NCBI RefSeq assembly: GCF_001194135.2
Contig: NC_068992.1
Coordinates: 63,773,456 to 63,837,455 of the forward strand
Direction of reading: 5' to 3'
Length of the DNA stretch: 64,000 bases
Source of the DNA: Octopus bimaculoides
Taxonomy: Eukaryota
Shown here: positions 11,701 to 24,100 of the stretch, in pieces
Position numbering within the stretch: the stretch's first letter is position 1
Layout: the number at the start of each line of letters is the position of its first letter
Program-made: the position numbers and the translations under genes
Notes under the pieces: generated by a model
The model's database searches: none
What the model saw: only the letters and a program-made list of their open reading frames with translations
Told to the model about the DNA's origin: nothing

Positions 11701-14700
11701 CTATATTACAATATGAGTGTAGCAATAATGGAACCTACCCAGGTATGTAAACAGTATAGCAATGCATGTGTATAGTAGCAACATCTACCAGGGTACGTGT
11801 TTGCAGCTATGCATTTGAACTTACCAGTATAGAACTGCATCAAAGCAGGAACCATATAGTTGAGGGCAAGTGGGTGAGACAATAGCATCTCACTGAGTTT
11901 AGCAGTACGAGGCTGGAAATTAGGGCTGATCACAAAAAGTACTTCAACAAGCTTAGCGACAAGATAAGGGTTGTTGAAGTAACTGGGGCTGCAGACAAAC
12001 ACTATCAACATACGTACAAGCTGATTAACACTTGGATCACTGCCTAAAACTTCTGACTTGTAACTGAAAAATAAAACAGAATAAAATAAACATATATATA
12101 TATATATATATATANNNNNNNNNNNNNNNNNNNNNNNNNNNNNNNNNNNNNNNNNNNNNNNATCCACATACACATACATACACACACACATGAGGGGGTG
12201 CTGAAAAGTTCCTGGCTTTGGGTAAAAGGAAATACAGGAGGGTCAGATAACTATGATTTTATGCAACGTATTCCCCTCGCAGATTAACACAATTATTGCA
12301 ATGGTCCTTCAGTTTTTCTAAGCCCTGTAAAAGAAGTTGGAAGGTTGGGCCTCCAGCCAGGCCTTTCACAATACTCTTAAATCTCTTAAGCCAGGAGGGT
12401 TTCAGCAGCCCCCTTGTGTGTGAGCAAACGCAGAGAAAAATCAATAAAAAATGGTAGAGTGAACTTGCCATAGGAAGTGGAAAATCCACTGTTTCGGACA
12501 GAGACCTTTTTCAAGGAAAAGTTGACGAGAGAGAAATTAGTGAGAAATAAAAAACAGAGTTTTACATCATCTAGGTTAGAAAAACTACCTTACTGCTTCC
12601 TCTGTTTGACTGAAAATCCCTCACTTTCAACTTACCTCTTAACTCAATCACAGGCCCATCACAAACATTCAGCCGTCATCATCATTACCATCTTCATCAT
12701 TTTAATGTTTGCTTTTCCATGCTCGCATGGGCCAGGCGAAATTTATTGAGGCAGATTCCATGAGGCCAGTTACCCTTCCTGTCACCAATCTTCACCCATT
12801 TCCAAACAAGGTAATATTTCACCAAGATCAAATATGTTTTCACAGAATATTGAGAATACCACTTACATTACAGTGACATTTGTTTACAACTATCACATGG
12901 TGTCAAAGCAAGGAGACACACACAATATATATACAGATATATATATACATATATATATATATATGTATATATACATACACACACATAAATATGACAGGCT
13001 TCTTTCAGCTTCTGCCTAGCAAATACCTTCACAAGGCTTTGGTCAGCCTGGGACTGTAGTAGAAGACACTTGCCCAAGGTGCCACACAGTGGGACTGAAC
13101 CTGAAACCATGTGGTTGCAAAGCTAGCTTCTTACCACACAGCCTCTCACATAATTTTACCCTTTACTCCAAAATAATGAACCATATTCTTTTCCCCCTCT
13201 CCCTCCTCTTCCAGTCAGAATTCTCCTCGCAATTGTAATTTACCACCTTTTATTGCCGTTTTCTAAAAATGGAACTCTCCATTTTACTCTACAGTGATGT
13301 GGTTGCTACTGTCCTTAAAAGTATTACTACTTATGACAAACGACTGATATAACAACTATGGGGGGGGNNNNNNNNNNNNNNNNNNNNNNGGGGGGGGGGG
13401 ATATGATAAACACAAGATGCAGTTTTTGCCATTTGTTTCCTACACACGTTTCACTGTTGTGCTATTCTCATCCTCTGCAGTGGGTGTCCACAGTGCAATT
13501 AGATGCTGATCTACAACAGTTCTTCAAGGGAACATTTGATTACATTGACGCAAATCAAAATAAATATACACACACACTAACACACACACATTTGTGGAGT
13601 CATGGTTAGTCATATCCCCTCAACGCCACAAAATGAATAAGCTTAAACATAACAAAGAAAGAATAGTTGTAGTCAGAGATGGATATCTGAGGTTATAGAA
13701 TATTTAGGAACACTTACTGCAGCACAAATAAGAGAAAATCTGCAATATCTTCCAAATAAAACTCTGGAAGTGCAGCAAATGCCTTGTCAGTGACTTGGGG
13801 CAGAGGTAAGTTGTTGCTGGAAAGAAGAAAAAAAAACAAAGAAAGAGAGACATAATTAGAGAATTAAACAAAATTTACAGTGACCTCTAACTAAAATATG
13901 ATGACATCATTAACCCATTTATTACCATATTTCTGGTAAGACACACTGCCTTTGCTTCAATTAATTTTTAAAATAATGAAGAATTTAGTAAAATAATTTT
14001 CATCATTATTAAACTGGTGTTTGGGACATAAACATGAAATTTTGTTGGAAGTTGTTTAGATCACTTTAAAACAAGGAGTTTGTATCGTAGAACCAAGAGA
14101 GGTCTCAGGCAAGATGGTATATCAATGGGGTTAGCATGAACTTTTGATGGAAGTTTATATCAAAGAACGAGGGCAATTTTGTAAAGGTTGGTATCAAACG
14201 AGATAATGAATCTATTGAAATATATTCATCATTGCCAAATGGTTTATAGAGACCTCTAAATTAAATCACGTATCTAGCAAGATATATTCAATGTGGCCAA
14301 ATTGTATACAGTAACTTTTCACTAAAATATGACAACATCATTAGTGTATCAAAACAAGACATTTGGGATTGCCGAATGATTAATAAATTTGCATCATTAT
14401 CATGAGATTCTAGGTTCAATTCAACTTTGGTACAACTCAAACAAGGGACAGCAACCACAGCTTTGTCTCATCCTCGGCTTTGTAGGTGACAAGTACGGAC
14501 CTACAAGTTACAATTAGCTTTCTATTTACCTCATTTTACTAAGTGTCCTGCTGATTCTTGCTGAGTAGCATTACATTAAGGGTACAAATGTTTCAGGAAT
14601 ACTCAACCATCTACACTGTTATCAGAGGACTGGAATACACAAGACTGAAACCAATGTGAGATCCATCCTCTGATAAGATCAACATAGTAGCAGCATGCTA

Positions 14701-15026
14701 CGACATGGTGGAAAACCCCATGGGGAACTGGGTGAGCTGGTAACAAATATACCAAAGTTCCTAAGATGTGCTTTCTGTAATAAACCAAACACAAAGTCAT
14801 GATTTAAGACATTGCTTGCCGCCATCAGCATGAATACTCATCCTACTGTCTCTTTATATACACTCTTGTACTCTACCTCTCCTGAAACATAATTCTATGA
14901 ATACCACTTACTGAAATGAAATTAACAGGTATTTAGAATGTGCTTCTCATCACCAACCCTCACCTGTTTCCATGTAAGGTTAATATTTCCCCCATAGTCA
15001 GACATGTTTGCACAAAATATGGACAA

Positions 15027-15096
<70 letters not shown>

Positions 15097-16788
15097 GCTT
15101 CTTTCAGATTCTGTCTACCAAATTTACTCACAAGGCTTAGATTCTTCCAAGGCTATAGAAAAAGACATTTGCCCAAGGTGCATACACACTGAGACTGAAC
15201 CCATGAACATGTGATTAGGAAGCAAACTACTTACCATATAGCTACACTTATGCCTATTAACCATGCCTGTGCCTATACAAACTTTTGGAAATGTTCTTTT
15301 AGTCTAATACGAGTCTCCTATTTAGCTAGCATCCAATATCAATCTGCATTCTGTATAAAATATTTCGTACATGTGCAAGGGTGTGTACACAGAAATTCTT
15401 GTTTCTTTAGAGACTAAAGAATGAGAAAACAAACGGTGCGACTGCCAGTGCCAGTATTTCTTACCCTTCATTCTCTGGATCTGCCATTTTCAATAAATAA
15501 TCAGCTACGACGCCATAAAACTGCAAACACCGTCTTAAGAGAGATTCATCCAAGAGGCCAGCATTGGCACAAAGCTTACTCTTTTGTAATTTCTACAAAT
15601 CACAAAAGAAAAATAAATACATTAAACAAATACAAATGTACTAAAAACAGATAATCAGCATTTTATCATCATTTTAACGTCCACATTTCTATGTCAGGTA
15701 GAGTTTATTGAGGCAACATCACTAACCACAAGCCATGTGTCTTCACACACTCACACACACACTTCTACCAAACCTCATTCACAAGATACATGTCGACCTG
15801 AAGCTAAGGTAAAGGTCTCTTTGCTCAAGGTGTCACACAGTGGAACTGAATGTACCCAGAACCATGTAATTGCAAAGTGAACTTTTTAACCAGACAGCAA
15901 TGCCTGTGGGGCTCCTATCTGAAAAAACAGAAAAGGTGAAATAATCAACGACTCAGATATCTTTGATAATAAGATGAGTTAACAGGACTAATTCAGGAGG
16001 AAACAGCAACTTAATTCCACTCCAAATAGTTTCCTAGACAGATTGACTAAACAGTTGCTGTTTAGCCTCAGGATTGAGCAGACCTATGTATAAAAGACAG
16101 TCCAGCCATGACAAAAGGTCTTTTTAAAACTGTGTAGGAGGATGGGAGTGAGGCAAGTGGGCACAGCTGTTTGGACACTGAAGATTTGGCATGGCTGACC
16201 GGACATTCAGCCTATTTTGGTGATTGTATATCTTGGCACTGGAAGTAAACACACACACACTTGAATGGATATGCAGAAATATACAGAGAGGGGAAGAGAG
16301 ACAAACACTTTCCATCCCATTTATACACAAGAAAATATGCTCACACACATGGAGAGGTGGGGAAGGAGGGAGAGTGAGAGAGATAGAGGGTGGGGAGGGA
16401 GAGAGAGAGAGAAGAGAAGGAGAGAGAGAGAAGAGAAGGAGAGAGAGAGAAGAGAAGGAGAGAGAGAGAAGAGAAGGAGAGAGAGAGAAGAGAAGGAGAG
16501 AGAGAGAAGAGAAGGAGAGAGAGAGAAGAGAAGGAGAGAGAGAGAAGAGAAGGAGAGAGAGAGAAGAGAAGGAGAGAGAGAGAAGAGAAGGAGAGAGAGA
16601 GAGGAACAGCTGTGCCAAAACATCACACACCCATAAGAGGGCTGCATTAACTAATAGGTGCTTTCCTTTCCTAAGATGGTAGAAAGTGTTTTACAAGACA
16701 TTTTGCAGATGCTCTTTCTAGTGGGATCCAAGCTTTAAAGAACCCCATTGCCAAATGAGAATGGGTTCAAGAACAGGGTTGCTCTTTT

Positions 16789-16830
<42 letters not shown>

Positions 16831-19800
16831 AGAGAGTAGAAAGGGGTAAGAAAATAAAGAGACCCCCTTCCCCTCAAAAAAACAAAGAACAGGAAGAGAT
16901 CAACTCACTTTTACTTGAGCTTTCCATTTTTCTAGAGATTCTTTATTTCGAGAGGCTACTGGTGAATCTTTCCACTGAGCCTCGCTCGACTCCAACTCTT
17001 CGATTGCTCGATTCAAATTCCTTATAATAACTAGATGGCGTTGGTATTTCCTCGAAAGTGGCAGGATGGAAATGTGATGGCAGTGTAATGTCAAAAAGAA
17101 ACATTCTGTAGAAAATTTAGGATCTTGCCAATTTTTAGTTTTAGCTGAAAAATATTCAAACAAATAAAATATAAAACATTAACATATGTTGATGTATGTA
17201 ATATATGCAAATAATATGTATTTTCATTATCATCATTTAATTTCCATTATGGTTCAACATGATCCAACTAACCTGAGGGCCATCTTGGTCTCCAGTGTCT
17301 GCTTTGGCAAAATTTCTACAGTTGGAAGCCCAAATTCTAATACTTACTATTTTATAGAATGTACTGAATGCTTTTTGGAGTTTGCTTTTCTAGCACCAGC
17401 ACTAGTGGGGGTACCGAATAATACACAAGACAAGGCCCCTCCACAGAGTGGGACTGCAGTGTTGAGGGAGGTGGCTTTGTGTTGGTTGTAGAGAGGCTAA
17501 AGTAAGGAAGATGGACAGGAACAGGTGTCTTACTGCAAATGAGATGCATAGGTACACTAGTAAAAAAAAGGGAGAAAGGATGAAGATGAAGTACCAGGGA
17601 ATACCTTATATGACCTTGTGCTGGTTGCACACAAAAAAAAAAAGCCCCCAGTACATGTTGTAAAGTGGTTGGCATTAGGAAGGGCATCGAACTATAGAAA
17701 CTAAAGTAAATAGTGGAACACAATACAGTCCTCTGACTCATCGGATCTCGTTAAACCATCCAGCCCATACCAGCATGGAACCCGGATGTTAAATGATGGT
17801 GATCTCAATTTTGAAGAAGACAATTGTACATAAACATGATGCCTTAGCAAAAAATAATTATTAACTTACGGATTGAACAGTAAAGTGCTAAAAATTCCAA
17901 TCTCCACTTCTAATATCATCTTATACCTGCCACAATAAGACTGGGTATGAAGTACAAACCAAGTTGGTATTTACTTAAGACTTAAAAAAAAACACTAATG
18001 AAGCAGTTTTATCTACTGTCAACCTGTGAAAGAGGATTGTAGATCATCTTATTTGTTTAAGGCCCCCACTTATTTTTAAAAATTCCTTCAAATTTAACAT
18101 TTCTAGAAGGCAACTGCAAGACATATGAACGTAATGAGAGACAAGTTGAATTTTAGTAGGGAAATAAAGTTGTTAAATTAACCTCTAAAATATTTCTGGA
18201 ACCTACAATCAAAAGTCAACTCAGATTAAAGCAGATTAAAATTTAATATTTTAATCCAATGATGCCAGCCGAGTAATTTCCCACTTACCCAGTTCTGTGC
18301 GCCATTCCTCACTCTCCTGAGATGTACATTTCATACAACTTTCAGATGAGATATCAACTCTGCAGTTTGGATGGTAAGGATAATATAGGTCCACCTGAAA
18401 TAGAAACAGCATTGATGACTAATGGCTTAGGTATAAAACAATATTGATGACTAATCACAAAGGTATAAAACAATTTTGATGACTAATCACAAAGGTATAA
18501 AACAATTTTGATGACTAATGATTAAGGTATAAAACAATATCAATGACTAATGACTATGGTATAAAACAATATCGACAACTGAGGTATAAAACTATTAATG
18601 ACTAAGGCATAAAAACAATATTGGTGAATAATCACATAGGTATAAAACAATACTGATGACTAATTATTAATAATATAATTAATAATTATTACAATTATCA
18701 CATAATGTGATGGCGAGGAAACAGTAACAAAAACATATGCACACTCATGTAAGTCTCCACAGTACACATACAAACATGGCAAATTTAACTATTTCTCTGT
18801 AGATTGAAAAAAATGACAAACAGCCTCAATTAATTTTTGATCCTTATTGCAATCTCATCACAGGTGTGTACATCACTTGAATAATCCCAGAGAAATAAGC
18901 AGCCAATTTATTTATACATGACAAGATTCTCTCAGTTTGTTTACCAAATCCACTCACAAGGCTTTGGTCAGTCCACAGCTATAGAAGAAGACACCTACCC
19001 AAAGTGCCACACAGTGGGATTGAACCTGAAACCAAATGGTTGCAATTTGGAGATTTTTTAATGATGCTTCAGCAAACTAAAACAAGACAACACTCTCCTT
19101 TTTTTATTTATATCAAAGTGTGAAAATATGCATAAGTGCACATATGCAAACATACCCGGGATCAATAGGCCACATTCCTATTAATCTGGTTGTATTGAGC
19201 AACAAAAATCTTGAAACCCCCATACCTTTTTATTTCTATCTTTTGTAAGTAATCTAGACTGTCCTACATTACTGGTATGTTTCCCAGGTATGCTTGCACA
19301 TGTGTGCAATTACATACATTTTCACACTTGCACACATTCGTATAGGGTAGAAATAAAAAATAATGGGGTTTCAAGATTTTTGTTACTGAAATCCAGCCAG
19401 ATTAATAGGTACGAGGTCTTGTGGTTAAGATGTTGTACTCAAAATCGCAAGCTCATGGTTTCAGTTCCCCGAGCAGGTAGTGTGTTGTGTTCTTGAGCAA
19501 GACACTTCATTTCACATTGCTCCAGTCCACTCAGTTGTTACTGAGCAACCCTGCAACAGTCTGGTGTCCCCTTCAAAGTGAATGTTGTGTGCTGAGTCAC
19601 TTTTATGTCACTGGAAACTGAGTAACTGGCCTTGAGTTGTAGGACTCAAAGAAGGGATGAGAGAGATTCATTCATTCATCATCGCCGTCATCATCATTTA
19701 GCATCTACAAAATCTTACCTTATCCAAAGAGATCTTTATAGCCAGCATCTGAAGAACTGTGAGAAGATTGAGCATGAAACCATCTCCGGCAACATATCTC

Positions 19801-19894
19801 TCATCAACCTGTAATTAACAAATTTAAGGTTTTCACAAAATAAAGAAAAAAAAAATATTTCAAACACACACAGTGGATGTCTATACAAGTATGT

Positions 19895-19934
<40 letters not shown>

Positions 19935-20262
19935 ATGTGTGTGAGTGAATGAAGGCATGTGGTCAAATGGTTAAGGTCTTAGACTCATGATAGCAAGATT
20001 CTTGTTTCAATTCCCAGACCAGCAGTGAGTTGTGTTCCCGAGTAAGACACTTCATTATATATTACAGTAGCCCACTCAGCTGGAAATGGGTCAACCAGCG
20101 ACGGATTAACCTTCCGATCAGGAAGTGCATTGTGACCAGTGATGTATAACATCTAAATAACCTGGTCAATACGGTGATATGCAGCTGTCTGTCTGTGNNN
20201 NNNNNNNNNNNNNNNNNNNNNNNNNNNNNNNNNNNNNNNNNNNNNNNNNNNNNNNNNNNNNN

Positions 20263-20296
<34 letters not shown>

Positions 20297-21147
20297 TGTG
20301 TGTGTGTGTGTTCAGAATCATGCAGATATCACAGTAAGTTACTCATTCAGAATTGGCTATCAGGCTACAGAGTAATCAATTACAATGTAGTGTAATGTAA
20401 TATGTCCATATAACAGAAAATCCAAGTAATAATTTTTTTTAGTGATGAGCAAATAAATCATAAAGTCAGGAGGTTTGAGAGGAGAGATAAATTCGTTTAT
20501 CCATATGACTTCAATATGGTTACAGCCATTCCATAGCTTTTTCATGCTGTATCAATTCAGTATGCACACACACACACACACACACACACTATCTACTGAT
20601 GTCACATAATGTATATGCTTTGTTTATGCATTTACTGAATAAGCAATATTGGTAAGGCTTACTTATTATCATTTTATTATTATTAGCGTGGCTTCTAATT
20701 CAAAATTTAATTTTGTTTTACTAGGGCAGCACTGTTGCACATCAGCAGAAAGTTTCTGTTCTATCTATATATACTTCACACCAGTAATTCGAATTTGTTT
20801 CAAGGGTGACTCGAGTATACAGTGCCGACAAGCTGAAATAATGGCAAAATATTGATAGCCACTGTTCTCGTTCACCTACAAGGTAATACATCTCACCTGG
20901 TGAAAGTACTCTGTGCTTTTTTAACACACGATGCTTTAAGGGGACTTTCCTAGAAATCTGTACAGCAGCTAATAAGCACATAAACAAAACACATAAATTA
21001 AGTATGTGACATTGGTAATGTTTACATTGTTAGAGCTGCTTCTAATTCAAAGTTTAATACTTGTATTTGATAATCTTCAGCTAAGCATTCCAAATCTTAT
21101 GGGCTCGTGGGTACCAGTGCCACGTAAAAAGCATCCATGCAGGTGCT

Positions 21148-21199
<52 letters not shown>

Positions 21200-24100
21200 A
21201 GCACCCGTGCTGGTGCAGTGTAAAGAGGCATTCACGCCAGTGTCAAGGCACCCATGCCAGTGCTAAGGCACCCATACCAGTGCTAAGGCACCCATGCCAG
21301 TGCTAAGGCACCCATGCCAGTGCTACCGCACCCATGCCAGTGCTAAGGCACCCATGCCAGTGCTAAGGTACCCATGCCAGTGCTACATAAATTCACCCAT
21401 GCCAGTACTGCATAAAAGCACCCAGTGCACTCTGTAAAGTGGTTGGTATTAGGAAGGGCATCCAGCCACAGAAGCCATACCAAAGCAGACATGGATCCCA
21501 GGCAGCTCTCCAGCCCCTGTCAAACCATCCAACTCATGCCAGCATGCAAAATGGATGTTAAATGATGATGAATCTGAAGCGGTGTCATAGTGATCAGAGT
21601 TTATTTTCTAACTTCCTAAAACTAAATCATTAGTTAATTAGTTCACTTAATTCCCACTTATTTCTTAAACCCACACACACACAAAAGAGTTTCTCATTTG
21701 TAGGAGGTAAATATTGATTTATTAATTTATTGGTTGCCAAAATATTTAACAGTTTGTTTCTAAAAACTAATGAATATTTCTTTAGAATAATCTGTACCCT
21801 CTAAAACAAATACAATGAAACATTTTCCCCCTCAGCCCTTGAAAACAAATCAGACAAATGTAATTCTATAATAAAATTATTGAACAGATCAATACCTGAA
21901 TTTGAGATTTCTTGGAATTTCCATCAATAAACTTCTCTAACAGCCCTATAGCAGCATCCCTGCTTTCTGAGTTCACCAAAACTGCATGTATGATTTTATA
22001 CTGCTCCGTCTGTTGAAGATGAATTAAAGAAAATAATAATATTGGGAATCAATCTTAATATACAAAGCTGAAGTTGTGTGTCTGTGTGAAGCCTTTTTAA
22101 AAGTTTATAGAAATCCACATTTTCCACTTTTTCGTTAAAATTTTTACATCAATGGAATTTTCTCGATCTGAACTTTCCAGTGCAGTAATTAGATTTTTTA
22201 AATTCCGTTTACTTTGTGTGATTTAAGGGAGATTTGGCTGTTGTTTCTAGCAACTTTTGGATATTGAAAAAATTTATTTCGGCTCCCCTGTGTTCATGAA
22301 AAATTTAATCGAGCTTCCCATGTATCTGAGATAGACCGGCCAGCCCATGACAAATCTGACAAAAGTGGGGACACACAGAACTACCAGCTCACGAACTGCA
22401 TCTGAAAGTTGGCACGCCAATTATGCTGCTAAGGAATTNNNNNNNNNNNNNNNNNNNNNNNNNNNNNNNNNNNNNNNNNNNNNNNNNNNNNNNNNNNNNN
22501 NNNNNNNNNNNNNNNNNNNNNNNNNNNNNNNNNNNNNNNNNNNNNNNNNNNNNNNNNNNNNNNNNNNNNNNNNNNNNNNNNNNNNNNNNNNNNNNNNNNN
22601 NNNNNNNNNNNNNNNNNNNTTGTGCACCTGAGGAAAGTACAAAGAATGTTGTCTACCAAGAGGCACTCTAATGATAACAATGGCAACTTCAACTGCTCTA
22701 ATTTCAACTCCGCAATTTTTTCATCGTCCTGTCAGCCCACGTAAGTCCAGTCTTGCTTTGCTCTCCTTACTAACTCACCATGACATTCTTTTTTTTCTAC
22801 CAAGATCCGTCACCCAAACACCACTTCGTATCCACTTCTTCCTCTTTTTAATGTCTTCGTTTCTCTCTTCGCATCGCTCTCTGCCCGGGTGAAACGGGCT
22901 TAGCTGCTAGTTATCAATAAATCTGAAGCAATATTCTTCAATATATTGGACCAAGTGAAACAGGAACCACTGAAGATTTGTACTTCATGTAGGGATTCAA
23001 GGAAGAAACACCTTAAGTGCTTTCCTACATGTTAACATCACCCTTCTCAGCTACAATGTTGTACCTCCCCATGTCTTTACGAGGTTGCTTGACCTGCTAG
23101 AAATATAAATCAATTGTCCCTCAAATCCAACCATACAGATAATGGAAGCCACGATATGCAAGACTTAAAAGAAGGACGATGTGGTGTTGTAGCTGTAATA
23201 CTTTTGACCACAGGTCTATTCAGTCGAAGTTAATTTGGTGTTAAACAACAACAGAGAACAGATTTATACACAAAGCACTGGTTGGTACAAGACTATAGTT
23301 CAAGGTGGCCTTCAATGGGACTGAACCCAAAACCACATTGTTGAGAAGCAAACTTCTTTAACCACCCAACCATACCTGCACCTAGTAACAAAAAAAGTTA
23401 TTTATTTTACAGAATCCATCCAAATTCTGGATTCTTTCCGAAACTGAGTGAATATGGGGTGAGAACAAATTACATAATATGATCTTAGATACACTATGTC
23501 TAAATAAAAGCTAGGAGGTAATGGCTTGAACACCATTCAATCTGAGCTGGCCAAAGGTTAAATAAACAGTGACAACAGGTGACCCACTTACCCGAGCATA
23601 TTCAAGACCATGTTGCAGAGTTTGGAATATGAGTCTTGCATTGTCTGGTGTTAATAAATGGTTAGAGAAATATTTCTCAACAACTTTCACCTGAAACAAG
23701 AAGATCAAAACACTAAGAAATATTTAAAAAAAAGGTAATGCAGGCACATGGATAAATTCACTTATTTATTAGAATATAATGAATCTCATTAGTATGCTTA
23801 CACAGGCTAACGTTATTTAATTATGGGACTTATCAATTAATTTAAGATAATAACTATTTGTAATAATTAGTTCCAATGAAAGTAGCTATGCTTTAATTAT
23901 TTATTTATATATATATTTATATGTATCTGAGAGTTGAATAAAACAAAAAATTTAGGTTATTTTCTAATTATAACAATTACATATCTTTACATATGTTTCA
24001 CTAGTGATTGCTTGTATGTTGTGCAGTAATCATTACGTAGATGCTTGCATTGAAACACCAGTTCTTCAGAAAAAAATAGTAATTCAATCCATTGTTATTT

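Noticed and set aside
17870-17926. Cryptic minus-strand exon with a GTAAGT donor ([18 protein letters not shown])
   Set aside because: It is open only as phase 2-2, but the host intron is phase 1, where the frame hits a stop or has no support. The flanking exons already join correctly.
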